DNA of 64,000 nucleotides from an uncultured Gammaproteobacteria bacterium (GTDB taxonomy: Bacteria > Patescibacteriota > Microgenomatia > Levybacterales > GWA1-39-11): assembly GCA_964511305.1 (NCBI GenBank), contig CAZEEU010000001.1:53957-117956 (forward strand), read 5' to 3'. The position numbers were made by a program, and so were the translations under genes. Shown here piece by piece: positions 1 through 10,582 of this stretch. Within the stretch, counting starts at the first letter, position 1. Each line of letters opens with the position of its first letter. The notes beneath the pieces were generated by a model. The model did no database searches, was not told the origin of the DNA, and saw only the letters and a program-made list of their open reading frames with translations.

Positions 1-683
1 AAAGCTTACTCACTCCAGACGGTGTTTTTATATCAGAGTCCCATTATTTAATGCCACTTATTAAAACAGTTCAATACGATACTATTTATCACGAGCACAT
101 TAGATACTATTCGCTTATAAGTTTAATTAATCTGCTCAAGCAACATAATCTTGAGGTTTTCCATGCAAAAGAAATTCCTTCTCACGGGGGATCAATTAGA
201 GTCTACGCTGCGGCAAAAGGATCGTACGAAATTCGACCAAGTGTAAAAAAGTTATTAGCAAAAGAAAAGAAAATTGTTGCAGACCTAAAATCCTTCGAAA
301 ACTTCAAAAAGAAAGTTGTTTTATCGAAGCTAGAGCTTAACACACTACTTTCAACAATTAAAAAAAGAGGTAAGAAAATCTACGGAATAAGCGCTCCTTC
401 AAGAGGCACTACGCTTGCAAGCTATGCCGGCCTTGATGACTCGATTCTTGAATGCATAGTCGAAGTTAAAGGTTCGTACAAAACAGGCAAATATATGCCA
501 GGGACTCTGCTGCCAGTTCTGGATGAGGAATTGTTATTTAAAAATCAACCTGAATATGCATTTCTCTTTTCTTGGCATATTGCTAAAGAATTAATGACAA
601 AACTTGTAAGTAAAGGTTATAAGGGTGACTTTATAATTCCGCTTCCAACCCCTCACATAGTCAAGAATAAGTCGGTTAAGTAA
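1..683 (+). CDS. C-terminal part of a sugar C-methyltransferase-like protein (partial, 5' end outside window)
   Basis: Reading frame is open from base 3 with no upstream stop. The HEHIRYYS motif and the following fold resemble the C-terminal domain of NDP-hexose C-methyltransferases (TylCIII-like, Methyltransf_14 type). The gene sits in a glycan cluster. Confidence 0.45.
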   Translation, partial: SLLTPDGVFISESHYLMPLIKTVQYDTIYHEHIRYYSLISLINLLKQHNLEVFHAKEIPSHGGSIRVYAAAKGSYEIRPSVKKLLAKEKKIVADLKSFENFKKKVVLSKLELNTLLSTIKKRGKKIYGISAPSRGTTLASYAGLDDSILECIVEVKGSYKTGKYMPGTLLPVLDEELLFKNQPEYAFLFSWHIAKELMTKLVSKGYKGDFIIPLPTPHIVKNKSVK

Positions 684-2255
684 CTAGTTGCGCTTGTATA
701 TTACAAAACCGGAATTTATTGTTTTAGTATAATTTTCAGAAATGTAATGCATTACCTCAGGTAGTCTTTCCATATTTGATACACCATCCACATCCCAAGA
801 TGATGTATTGTAAATAATATATTTGGTCTTTGACCTTTCCAAGTCATTAATAAGCTCGTATCTTTTAGCCTTCGAATTTATTACTTCAGGAAGATTGAAC
901 CGCGAAGGACTTACTCTATCTGCAACAAGATACATTACCGGTTCATTCCCCAAAAAAAAGATTGTTTGAGCGTGCTTTACGTTTTTGTTAATAAAATTTT
1001 GAATGAATAAAAATTGTCGATTCTGAGCACCACTTATCGCGATAGGTCCAACAAATTTAGAATTTGTGCTAGTGTTAAATATCTTTGTTGGAATATCAAA
1101 AAGTTTTATAAAATGTGGTCGATAAAAACTGATAAATCGTAGAGAAAAAATAATTATGACTATAAGTATGAGATTTCTGATTTTACTTGTAGGAAGACTT
1201 GTAAGGCGCGAAGCAACATAACCAATGATTATAAAAGAGATTGGAATTACAAAAGGGATATGTCCAAATCTACCCAAAAGAATCAGGGATAAGAAAAAGC
1301 CAAATACTGTTATTAAAATAATAAATGTATTTTCAATTTTTCCTTTGATTAAAAATAAAATTGTTAGATAGGCAAATAAGCAAAAATATAGAAAGTAATT
1401 CCAATAAAGTACAGCTTCTTTAGAAACGAATACTTTTAAAATTTCTATCGGATTTTTTGCATGCTCCAAAAGTGCAAGCAAATTAGGAAATGCCTGCCCA
1501 TTGGGAAGACCCATCCCGGAATATGACGTGTAATCATCGATTATTGTCTGAAAATAAAAAGTTACCCATCCGTCTATCGAAGCAAATAGCAAGAAGGGAA
1601 ATACCACTAACACTACCCCACCAAAAAAATACAATAAATTTTGAAAAGTCTTTTTTAGAGTTACTGACTTTACAAATTGAATAAATATAACAATTGCGCT
1701 TATTACTCCAATAAATATACCCATGTCAGAACTTACAAGCAACGTTACAACAACTGCCATACCCGAAACCAACCACCACTTTTTCTTATTAGTAACTATT
1801 GCTTTGTCCAATACTAGAAGAGCCCCTAATCCTGTCCCTTGTCTCATACCAAATCCGGGGATAATGAGAAGCAATGCAAGTATCAAGTACTGAATGTAAT
1901 TTTTAATCTCCAAACGTTGCATTGCAACTTTGGCTGCTATTAGAGCTCCTAAAGTCCCAAGAACTAAATACACTATTCTTATAAGAAATACCGAGGAACC
2001 AAATATTTTGGCAAGCATGTATGACGGGTATATGTATAACGGTCCATATGCAGCATAGGTATCTTTATATAGTTTTTGTCCGTGTAACATGTGAGTTATC
2101 CATCCACCAAATTGACCTTCATCTATAACATTAACGTCTCCATAGAAAGGATTAACTACGATACCCGATCCCACAAACAATAAGAACAATAATGCAATAA
2201 CTATCCAACTATATTTTTTCATTTCTTTAACTTTTTCCATATTGAGATCATCCAT
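684..2255 (-). CDS. polytopic membrane protein, function unknown (possible glycan polymerase / GT-C-like)
   Basis: 523 aa with more than 10 predicted TM helices, then a C-terminal soluble domain. No recognised catalytic motif. Its first 37 nt overlap the upstream gene, so the true start may be an internal Met (MEKVKEMKK or MKKYSW). Confidence 0.4.
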   Translation of the reverse strand: MDDLNMEKVKEMKKYSWIVIALLFLLFVGSGIVVNPFYGDVNVIDEGQFGGWITHMLHGQKLYKDTYAAYGPLYIYPSYMLAKIFGSSVFLIRIVYLVLGTLGALIAAKVAMQRLEIKNYIQYLILALLLIIPGFGMRQGTGLGALLVLDKAIVTNKKKWWLVSGMAVVVTLLVSSDMGIFIGVISAIVIFIQFVKSVTLKKTFQNLLYFFGGVVLVVFPFLLFASIDGWVTFYFQTIIDDYTSYSGMGLPNGQAFPNLLALLEHAKNPIEILKVFVSKEAVLYWNYFLYFCLFAYLTILFLIKGKIENTFIILITVFGFFLSLILLGRFGHIPFVIPISFIIIGYVASRLTSLPTSKIRNLILIVIIIFSLRFISFYRPHFIKLFDIPTKIFNTSTNSKFVGPIAISGAQNRQFLFIQNFINKNVKHAQTIFFLGNEPVMYLVADRVSPSRFNLPEVINSKAKRYELINDLERSKTKYIIYNTSSWDVDGVSNMERLPEVMHYISENYTKTINSGFVIYKRN

Positions 2256-4930
2256 GTTAATATTCCAACTAGTAGCGGTGTCAGAAAGAGAATGAAGAAA
2301 TAAATGTATTCCTGCTGCCGTGGATACTCATGAACAGTGAACCAATTAATAGCCGTAGTTTCGGGGATAGCAAAATGTAACGGAATTATTTTTAAAAGCA
2401 AAAGTATAATAATCTCTGAAGGTGCAGCACCGATCAAGAAATATTGTACGTGTTTTGAGAATTTAATTTTTTTTCCAAATCCTAAAAATTTTCTCTTCTT
2501 AAGACTTCTTCTAAGAACATATACTGCAACAATAACAAAACCAACAGTAGATAGCATCATTCCTATATAAAATGAGTATGGCTTATATACAAAGCTTATG
2601 TAATTTGTACCTTTTGGAACGTTAATCGTCATAAAAGGATTTTTACCTTCTATTTCAACGGAGTGATTATTAACAAATGCCTTCCAGCCAGGATAAAACG
2701 TGTATTTAAGAGTTAGCTTTTCACTGAATTTACTTTCCGTAATGAATTCAACCCGGTCGTTATTCTTTTTTTGTTCTTTTAAATTTCCTTTAAATTCAAT
2801 CTTTTTTACGTTATTTACAAGATAAATGCCTGATGTATTTTTGTCGTACACTTTAGTAAATTGTTTTTTATTATTTGCACTAAGTAGTAGTTCTAGGAAA
2901 GGCTTATCAGAACTTCCCCTAAGAGCGATTTGGTTACTTCCATTTATTAAAGATGGAGTAAATATAGCTTGGTATATTTTACTAGGCTCCATTTTTATGT
3001 TATTCACTGGAATCGTATAGAACATACCATCACGAATATCTTTACAATTTATAAAAGTTGACTGAAGTACTTTTTGGGACTCTACTATCTGAAAATTTAT
3101 TTTGCAGCTATTTATTCTATTAAAGCTTTCGGTAATTATTCGAACTCCGCTTAAAATGCCTGTGGCATTTCGTATTTCAAGACTATATGGCCTTGAAAGA
3201 ACGATTCTTTCGTTATATTTTGGTTGCAGAATTATTTTCTTTTGGGTGATATCGTAATCTGCTATTACCATACCTATTCCAAAATTACTCAGACTTTCAT
3301 AGGAGACGCTATCTACCAGGCCTAGATGATTTTTAACTGCAAAGGCTCTATCAAACGCTACCTTATAACCCCTTACATCAATTGCATCATAATTTTCAGC
3401 ACTTTCAATTCCATAGGCAAGATTCATATCCGGAGGTAAATTCATGTTTCCCACCTGCAATATTCTTAACGATGGGTATTTTTTGATAGTTTTTATTAGA
3501 TCATTTTGTGGATAGTACTCTAATTTACTGCTTAAACCATTAAAGGTTGCCACCGGTAAACCAATTTGAAGCAATACAATTGTGGTAAGAGCTAAGTTCT
3601 TGAATCTTAAAGGCAGTTTTATAACTACAAAGAAAAGAATTGTAGTAAAAAGCATAAACAACATTGTTAAAACTGAAAAAGCAAAAAAGGCCTCAATTTT
3701 TGTTTCTGTTTGGATTAAAAATAGCCCCAACATTGGTATGGCTACAATAAACAGTAATAATATTTTTTTCCAACTCAAAGCATTCGTTGTTTTTTTTATT
3801 TGATCAATTGAAATTCCTATAAGAACAGCGGCAAAAAGAGGAATAAATGCGATAAATCTTTGATTGGCATTTACTGAAAACAGTGGTAAATTTGAAATAA
3901 TAGGTAGATAGGCAAATACAAGACAAACAGCAATTAAGATTGAGAACTGTAGTCCGTATGTTCTAATTTTCCAGAAACGAAAGGCTGCAATTATGCCAAT
4001 AGGTCCAATACTCCCAGCAGCAGTCTCTGCAAAATTTGTCATTGCCGAAAAAGACTTATAGAGTGAGAATTGTGGGCCACCTAATATAAGCGGGAAGGGG
4101 AATGAAAAGATGGATAATAAAGGGAGAGATAGGAGGTGGACACCAGCAGCTCTAAAACTTATTACGTAACTATTTTTTAAATACTCAAGGAAGGGAATTA
4201 AAAGAAATGACGCAAGGAAACACCCAAATACAACTCCAAAAGCATGAATAAAAAACTCTTTACCGCTTCTTGTTCTTATTAATATATAAAGACTAGTAAT
4301 AACAGCTATATTAAAGAGTGTCTCGGGATGACCACCTAAAACGGCCACAAAATAAATTAAGGACAAGCAAAAAAAATGATCCACGAAATTCTTTTTTTTA
4401 TACATACGTTCTACAAAGAACAAAATTAGGGGAAACAACAGAAATACATTAGTTTGTGGCCATTGAAGCCATATAACCATATAGCTTGCAGACGCAATAA
4501 AGGATGCAATTGCCGAAGACTCTTTTGATATTCCAAAATTTCTCAGATATAAAAAAGTAAAAAATAAAAACAGTGAGTATTTAATAATTGAAATAGATAG
4601 CAACGAAATCGATGGAGGGAACAGATAGTATAAAAGATTAAGTGGAAAAAAAACCGCACTCTGCATGGTTGCTAAAAATGGAACGCCACCAGCATTAAGA
4701 CCGTTCCAGACGGGTAATCTCATATTCATAAGTTCGTTTTTTGAATAAATTCTCCAGGGCTCAAACTGAGAAATTGGATCAGCAAGCAGCGAATTATGAG
4801 GTTTGGTCCAGTTCTGCGAAAATGCTGGGAAATAATTGAGTATATCTGATGGCAGTAGAATTTTGCCTTGAAAATGTAGCGCTACTATAATTGCCAAAAT
4901 ACTACAAAAAATGATCAAGAATTTATTCAT
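2219..4930 (-). CDS. YfhO-like large membrane protein (GT-C-type glycosylation membrane protein)
   Basis: 903 aa with N-terminal multi-TM block, a large extracytoplasmic domain and a C-terminal TM helix. It carries the conserved YTFYPGWKAFVNNH motif. A paralog at 12357-14066 carries the same motif (YYFPGWNLYVNGK). Confidence 0.5.
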   Translation of the reverse strand: MNKFLIIFCSILAIIVALHFQGKILLPSDILNYFPAFSQNWTKPHNSLLADPISQFEPWRIYSKNELMNMRLPVWNGLNAGGVPFLATMQSAVFFPLNLLYYLFPPSISLLSISIIKYSLFLFFTFLYLRNFGISKESSAIASFIASASYMVIWLQWPQTNVFLLFPLILFFVERMYKKKNFVDHFFCLSLIYFVAVLGGHPETLFNIAVITSLYILIRTRSGKEFFIHAFGVVFGCFLASFLLIPFLEYLKNSYVISFRAAGVHLLSLPLLSIFSFPFPLILGGPQFSLYKSFSAMTNFAETAAGSIGPIGIIAAFRFWKIRTYGLQFSILIAVCLVFAYLPIISNLPLFSVNANQRFIAFIPLFAAVLIGISIDQIKKTTNALSWKKILLLFIVAIPMLGLFLIQTETKIEAFFAFSVLTMLFMLFTTILFFVVIKLPLRFKNLALTTIVLLQIGLPVATFNGLSSKLEYYPQNDLIKTIKKYPSLRILQVGNMNLPPDMNLAYGIESAENYDAIDVRGYKVAFDRAFAVKNHLGLVDSVSYESLSNFGIGMVIADYDITQKKIILQPKYNERIVLSRPYSLEIRNATGILSGVRIITESFNRINSCKINFQIVESQKVLQSTFINCKDIRDGMFYTIPVNNIKMEPSKIYQAIFTPSLINGSNQIALRGSSDKPFLELLLSANNKKQFTKVYDKNTSGIYLVNNVKKIEFKGNLKEQKKNNDRVEFITESKFSEKLTLKYTFYPGWKAFVNNHSVEIEGKNPFMTINVPKGTNYISFVYKPYSFYIGMMLSTVGFVIVAVYVLRRSLKKRKFLGFGKKIKFSKHVQYFLIGAAPSEIIILLLLKIIPLHFAIPETTAINWFTVHEYPRQQEYIYFFILFLTPLLVGILTWMISIWKKLKK

Positions 4931-7127
4931 ACCTTTGAATAGTTACATAATCACTTTTGAATATAATTTTGCCGTCTCCTACTATTTTATCTGAAACACT
5001 ATACCTTATACCGTTAGAATTTATTTTCCCGCCGTTGTAAGGAATTAAATATTTATAAGGTTCCAGGCTTGTTCTGTATAAAGACATTGTTCCTTGAGGA
5101 ATAAGCTCAATATTTTCTCCGCGTGCATCTTTAACAATTTCACGAGTCGCCGAATCTGCCACTTTCCAGGTAGAGCCAAAGCTATACTGAACTGGCGGCA
5201 TTGGATTTCGTCTGTCTAAAGTGTCCACAAAAAAATTATTGGATAGCAAAAGCATCCCATTCATAAAAGCAAGCGCAAGAATAACAATCAATGCTCTTCT
5301 TGCTTTTAAAAGTCCTACAAGCATAAAAGATACTAAAATTGTAATTGAGGGATATAGTATTCCAAAATATGCAGTCCCTGGAGACTTATGCAAAGTAAAA
5401 GAAAAAACAGGCACCATAAACCATAGTAAAATTAAAAATAGTAAGCTAGTATTTTTTTTCTTTAACAACACATAACATACATAAACTACAGATATAAAAA
5501 GGGCAATGATCCCTACTTCAGGAAGATGTGGAGAAATAACTCCTGCAAACTGCTGATAAAAAGTTTCCCAAACTCCGGCAACTGTTGATTGCTCCTGAGA
5601 CACCGGCATACCAACGATAAAGTACCTAAGTCGATTGACTATCCATAATGGAAATTTGATATATGTAGGTCCATTTACAAAATCGCTTACAACAAAAGGT
5701 AAAATACCAAAAATAAAAGAGAAAAATGAGATTAGTGCTGTTTTTCTGGAGATATATTTTCTTTCACTAAATAAATATAGCATGGCAACCAGTCCTGCAA
5801 CGATATTTGAAAGCTCAACGAGCAGTAGTGCTCCAAAAGCAAAACATAATACAGGGAAGAAATTAATATTCTTTTTTGTTTTATAAAGAAATATGAAAAA
5901 AAGCATTGTAAAAAATGGAACTAGTGAGGTGTGATATGGCATGCGAGCATTCACAACAATCATTGGAGAAAAAGAATAAAATATTCCGCTTACTATCCCT
6001 AACGCTCTACCACCAAGTTTGTTTGCTAGATAAAAAACGAATGCAGTAGTAATACCTCCAAGAAATGCGTAAAGATATGCTGGAGCAACTGGATTGAAGT
6101 TACCGATCCTAAGAGCAAGCGCAATAAGCCACACGGAAGTTGGTCCTTGATGAAGCCATGAAACAGATGATGGAATACCAACAAGCGCTAGTGCCCCTGT
6201 TTGCAGCATGTCTCGTGCGGCATTATAGTCCCTTGCAGCATCACCAATGAAAAGCATGAAGCTGTTCTGCGCATAGGCGTTGATAAAAAAGGACAAGAAT
6301 ATAAAGAAAATAGCGATGAAAAAATTTATTGTGAAGTATCGAAGACAAAACTCGGTTAAAAGTGCTTTATTTTTTCCAAAGTGTTTCTTTAAATATAAAT
6401 ATCTACTTTTTTCAAAATAGGACTGTATTTGTTCTTTGTCAGACAAACTTCTACCACCTAAGTGAACAATCTTAGAACTTGGATAAAAGAATACACCATA
6501 TCCCCTTCTTGCTATTCTTATACATATATCCTGTTCCTCAAAATATAAGAAAAACCGTTTATCAAAGCCTTTAACTTCTTTAAATATGCGAGAGGGTATC
6601 ATCATGCATGCCCCACTCACGACATCAACCTTCTGCTCTTGAGTTCTATCTACATCTTTCATCCAGAATCTATGCGAAATTGGATTGTTCTTGAAAAAAG
6701 AATTTATGAATGAATAAACTATTAAGGCTTTTGACGGTGTAATTTTTGTGTTAATCGTCGGAAGGAGTTTTTTATTTCCGTCATACATTTTTGGACCCAA
6801 TACACCTATTGTAGGATTTTTTTCAATATGTGAAAGTAATAAATCTAATGTTCCCCTTCTAACTCTGGTATCTGGATTTAAGAACAAGAAAAATTTACCT
6901 TTTGCGCGTCTGGCACCAACATTACATCCCGAACCAAATCCGATATTCTTACTTTTTATATAAACTACTGAATATTGCTTTAACTGTTCTTCTAATTGTT
7001 GACTTGAGCTATTGTCAACTACAACAATCTCAAAACTATTTTTTGGAGGATATTTATAAACACTTTTTATTGATTCTAGTATTTCTTTTTGGGCATTATA
7101 GTGAACATAAATAATTGAAAGCTTCAT
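4923..7127 (-). CDS. bifunctional GT2 glycosyltransferase fused to a GT-C (ArnT/PMT-like) membrane domain
   Basis: N-terminus reads MKLSIIYVHYN...VVDNSS...EEQD, a GT-A fold with a DxD-like motif. The C-terminal roughly 450 aa have more than 10 TM helices. The likely start at 7127 forms an ATGA overlap with the stop of the upstream GT4 gene; an alternative upstream Met is at 7187. Confidence 0.6.
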   Translation of the reverse strand: MKLSIIYVHYNAQKEILESIKSVYKYPPKNSFEIVVVDNSSSQQLEEQLKQYSVVYIKSKNIGFGSGCNVGARRAKGKFFLFLNPDTRVRRGTLDLLLSHIEKNPTIGVLGPKMYDGNKKLLPTINTKITPSKALIVYSFINSFFKNNPISHRFWMKDVDRTQEQKVDVVSGACMMIPSRIFKEVKGFDKRFFLYFEEQDICIRIARRGYGVFFYPSSKIVHLGGRSLSDKEQIQSYFEKSRYLYLKKHFGKNKALLTEFCLRYFTINFFIAIFFIFLSFFINAYAQNSFMLFIGDAARDYNAARDMLQTGALALVGIPSSVSWLHQGPTSVWLIALALRIGNFNPVAPAYLYAFLGGITTAFVFYLANKLGGRALGIVSGIFYSFSPMIVVNARMPYHTSLVPFFTMLFFIFLYKTKKNINFFPVLCFAFGALLLVELSNIVAGLVAMLYLFSERKYISRKTALISFFSFIFGILPFVVSDFVNGPTYIKFPLWIVNRLRYFIVGMPVSQEQSTVAGVWETFYQQFAGVISPHLPEVGIIALFISVVYVCYVLLKKKNTSLLFLILLWFMVPVFSFTLHKSPGTAYFGILYPSITILVSFMLVGLLKARRALIVILALAFMNGMLLLSNNFFVDTLDRRNPMPPVQYSFGSTWKVADSATREIVKDARGENIELIPQGTMSLYRTSLEPYKYLIPYNGGKINSNGIRYSVSDKIVGDGKIIFKSDYVTIQRYE

Positions 7128-8248
7128 GATGTAACTACTGAATTTATAATCTCCGATAATGCTACCCCTGAGTGAGCCCAAGACCATTTACTAAGTGCCT
7201 GCTTGCGTGCATTTTCAGACATGTTCTTGTAATTTTTCTCGTCAAGCGCCTTTCTAAAAGCCTGAACAAGAGATGCTGTTTTTTTCGGAACTAAATATCC
7301 TGTTTGGCCTGGTATTACAGATTCTTTGTAGCCACCATCATTAAGAGCAACAACTGGCAATCCGCATGACATTGCCTCAATTGGCATAAGACCAAAAGGC
7401 TCTTTATAACCAAGACATACCATAATCTTTGCACTACGATATAAATCTCTCATGTCAGTATTACTGGATATCCACTCTTTCTCCTTAAATACTAGCCTTA
7501 TTTTTTCTGGTTTTATCCCATACTCTGAAAGTCCCTTTTTTAAAAAATCATAATTTTCAGATTTATCATAGGCTCCGATATACAAAATGTCATAAATCTT
7601 TTTATGTGCTTTTTGAGGTTTAAAAAAGTTAACATCAACCCCCATATATATAGTCTTGCTATTCAATCCATATGCTTTTTTTATATTCTTCCCTGTGTAG
7701 TTAGAATTTGAAAGCAACACATCTGCTTTTTTTATATTATTTCGGTCGATAATTTTTCTGATAAATCGATTTGTCTTTTCATAATAAAATCTACCAAATC
7801 CAACTTCTCTTCCGACACTAAATAATGGCTCATAGACCATTCGTAATGGCTCTTGGCAATAATATATCGTTGGTTTTTTTAAGAAATTTAGAATAAAAGG
7901 AGCTTGGGTATATTTTGATGGAAGAACGAAAACCGCATCGTAGTTTTGATTATTTATTGTTTCTGCAATCCTCTTGTGCAAGAAATACAAACGAATTAAT
8001 TCAATTGTGTCTTTATAGAGTCTTACCTTCCAATTGTTCCCATGCCACGTTTTAGGCTTGAATTTGAAAAGATGCACATTTGAATAATATGCATCCTCAT
8101 TTTTCTCGTGCTTTTGATCCACAATAAAAAGATCGACATCAAATTCATCAAGAATGTTCTTTGCAAATTCGTTCGATGATCTTCTTGCTCCTCCTTTATC
8201 AAGTTCATGGAAAAAAGCTATTCTTTTTTTAACTAAATTCTTTTTCAT
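7124..8248 (-). CDS. GT4 family glycosyltransferase
   Basis: C-terminal Glycos_transf_1 signature EPFGLMPIEAMSCGLPVVALNDGGYKESV...GQTGYLV. Confidence 0.7.
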   Translation of the reverse strand: MKKNLVKKRIAFFHELDKGGARRSSNEFAKNILDEFDVDLFIVDQKHEKNEDAYYSNVHLFKFKPKTWHGNNWKVRLYKDTIELIRLYFLHKRIAETINNQNYDAVFVLPSKYTQAPFILNFLKKPTIYYCQEPLRMVYEPLFSVGREVGFGRFYYEKTNRFIRKIIDRNNIKKADVLLSNSNYTGKNIKKAYGLNSKTIYMGVDVNFFKPQKAHKKIYDILYIGAYDKSENYDFLKKGLSEYGIKPEKIRLVFKEKEWISSNTDMRDLYRSAKIMVCLGYKEPFGLMPIEAMSCGLPVVALNDGGYKESVIPGQTGYLVPKKTASLVQAFRKALDEKNYKNMSENARKQALSKWSWAHSGVALSEIINSVVTS

Positions 8249-9257
8249 TATCTTGTATCCAAGTAAAAAGACGTCTCAAACCAACGGTTAGTTTAATTTT
8301 AGGAGTCCATCCAAAATCTCTTTTTGCCTTGCTTGTATCGGCTATAAATATGGATTGATCACCCGGCCTTATTTTTTTGTATTTAACTGGAATTTCTCTA
8401 TTAAATAATTTTTGAAGCATTGGTCCAAATTCTTGCCATACCGATATTGAATTTTTGACACCGCCTCCCAAGTTGTACACTTGCCCAGAGGTCACCTTTA
8501 TATTTTTAATAGCAAGATCATACGCCGAAATGAGATCATCTATATATAGAAGGTCTCTCACCTGCTTACCATTACCATAAATTGTAATATTCTTTCTTAA
8601 AAGGACAGCTATTATGAACCATGCTACCCATCCCTGGTCTTCAAACCCATACTGATGTGGACCATAAATACATGACTGTCTAAATACTACGGTTTTTAAT
8701 CCATATATTCGCGCGTAGTCTCTTACATATTGATCTGAAGCACCCTTACTACATCCATATGGTGAATGAAAATCTAATGGCTGCTTTTCATTAACTCCCT
8801 TTGGAAGTGTTTTAAAGGAGTATCTAGTGTTGGTCTCTAAAATTTTAAGCTCTTCCAAATCTCCATACACTTTATTAGTAGAGCTGTATAGAACAATCGG
8901 CTTTTTAGAACTTTTTCGTGCTGCTTCCAATATATTCATTGTTCCTAAAGCATTTGACATAAAATCATCCATGGGATTTTGAACAGATGTAGTAACAGCA
9001 ACTTGTCCTGCTAAATGAATGATTATGTCTGCTCCATCAACAATTTTCTCAAGTTTTTTGGAAGTGAATTTTAAGTCGTATTTTATGAATGTAAATTCGT
9101 TCTTATGGATTTTTTTAAGCCAAGTCAGGTTTTTTTCTACTCCTTTTCTTGAGAGGTTATCAAGAATAATTACGTTATACTTTTTCTTTATATAATGGTC
9201 AGCCGTATTAATCCCAATGAACCCTGCTCCTCCAGTAATTAATACAGTCTTTTTCAT
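8229..9257 (-). CDS. NAD-dependent sugar epimerase/dehydratase (extended SDR, CDP-paratose 2-epimerase-like)
   Basis: N-terminal Rossmann motif TGGAGFIG and catalytic YGCSK (YxxxK). Confidence 0.75.
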   Translation of the reverse strand: MKKTVLITGGAGFIGINTADHYIKKKYNVIILDNLSRKGVEKNLTWLKKIHKNEFTFIKYDLKFTSKKLEKIVDGADIIIHLAGQVAVTTSVQNPMDDFMSNALGTMNILEAARKSSKKPIVLYSSTNKVYGDLEELKILETNTRYSFKTLPKGVNEKQPLDFHSPYGCSKGASDQYVRDYARIYGLKTVVFRQSCIYGPHQYGFEDQGWVAWFIIAVLLRKNITIYGNGKQVRDLLYIDDLISAYDLAIKNIKVTSGQVYNLGGGVKNSISVWQEFGPMLQKLFNREIPVKYKKIRPGDQSIFIADTSKAKRDFGWTPKIKLTVGLRRLFTWIQDNEKEFS

Positions 9258-9319
9258 GCCTTACAATTGAGTAATTATATACTAATTCCAAACGAAAGTC
9301 AGATCAAATTAGCCTTTAT

Positions 9320-10576
9320 TTGCAATTAAAACTGCCATACAAGATAATCAAAAATATGGGGTACAGAAAGCTTATTTTTAAAAGTACAGCATGGATGATG
9401 GCACTAAGAACTGTCACCCAAGGGTTGGTAGTACTTAAGCTAGTTGTAATTACAAGACTGCTACAACCATCTGATTTTGGTGTTTTTGCAATTGTTGTCT
9501 CACTTCTTACAATATTTGATACGTTAACAGATATAGGATTTTCCTATGCTGCCATTCATATGCAACTTGATATGAAAAAGGCCGCAAGAACTTTTTTGAC
9601 AGTAACTTTTTTAAGAGGCGTAATACTAACCGTTGCAACAATCGCATGTATTCCATTTGCTGTCAATTTCTTCCATGATTCATCGATAACCATTTTGCTA
9701 GTTATTGCCTCTTTAGTACCACTACTAAAGGGTGCTGAAAATCCCCATGTTATTGGGTTTCAAAAAGATCTCAGGTTTGAAAAAGAATTCGTATTCCGAC
9801 TAGTACCAGCTCTTGCAATTACAATCTCAACTATTATCTTATCTATATTTTATAAGAGTGCTTTGGCATTAGTTATAGGCCTTGTTATCGGTACTTTGTT
9901 TGAGTTAATTTCTTCCTACCTAATCGCCAGCCGGGATTTCTCAAAACCATTCAGCAGGAAGTATTTTAAAAAACTTGTATCATACGGGAAATGGATTACA
10001 GCAGGCGGATTATCTACATATCTCACGACCCAGCTTGATACTGTTGTAATTGGCAGAATACTTGGATCATCCTCACTGGGTCTTTATGATTTAGCTTTTA
10101 AAACCGGTTCCACTGCATTTAACGAAATAACAAATGTCCTATCCCAAATCATGTTCCCGGTCTATTCAAAAATTAAGAATGACAAAGCACGTCTCAAGAA
10201 GTTATTTCTAAAGCACCTAATTTTTACAACAATATTTGCTTTCTGTATAAATATTCCACTTCTTCTTTTTCCTAAAGAGATAATTACATTATTCTTTGGA
10301 AGTAAGTGGATTGATGCTGCAGGTGTCTTACAGATACTTGCAATATATGGATTCTTAAGAGCGGCAATTGGACCAATAGGACCTTTATTTCTCTCTGTAG
10401 GAATCCCCAATACTCTGGCAAAACTCAATTTTCTGCATTTCTTAATCTTGCTTGTATTGATTATTCCTCTTGTTTCAAAGTTTCAAATTACTGGCGCTGC
10501 TAGTGCAATTACAATATCCTATGCGATAATTACACCTTACTATCTTTTCAAGCTATACAAGCTTTTTACAAAATAA
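9320..10576 (+). CDS. polysaccharide biosynthesis flippase (Wzx/MOP superfamily)
   Basis: 418 aa with roughly 12-14 TM helices and the typical Polysacc_synt architecture. It is divergent from the epimerase gene. Confidence 0.65.
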   Translation: MQLKLPYKIIKNMGYRKLIFKSTAWMMALRTVTQGLVVLKLVVITRLLQPSDFGVFAIVVSLLTIFDTLTDIGFSYAAIHMQLDMKKAARTFLTVTFLRGVILTVATIACIPFAVNFFHDSSITILLVIASLVPLLKGAENPHVIGFQKDLRFEKEFVFRLVPALAITISTIILSIFYKSALALVIGLVIGTLFELISSYLIASRDFSKPFSRKYFKKLVSYGKWITAGGLSTYLTTQLDTVVIGRILGSSSLGLYDLAFKTGSTAFNEITNVLSQIMFPVYSKIKNDKARLKKLFLKHLIFTTIFAFCINIPLLLFPKEIITLFFGSKWIDAAGVLQILAIYGFLRAAIGPIGPLFLSVGIPNTLAKLNFLHFLILLVLIIPLVSKFQITGAASAITISYAIITPYYLFKLYKLFTK

Positions 10577-10582
10577 AAAATA

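Noticed and set aside
1490-1684. Antisense 'shadow' ORFs from the six-frame track (e.g. 1490-1684, 2337-2570, 5221-5475, 19473-20514, 26967-27425, 28596-29231, 44016-45342, 48696-49100)
   Set aside because: Each lies entirely inside a longer ORF on the opposite strand or in another frame that has clear family motifs. Their low-complexity or odd composition is what noise from AT-rich DNA looks like.
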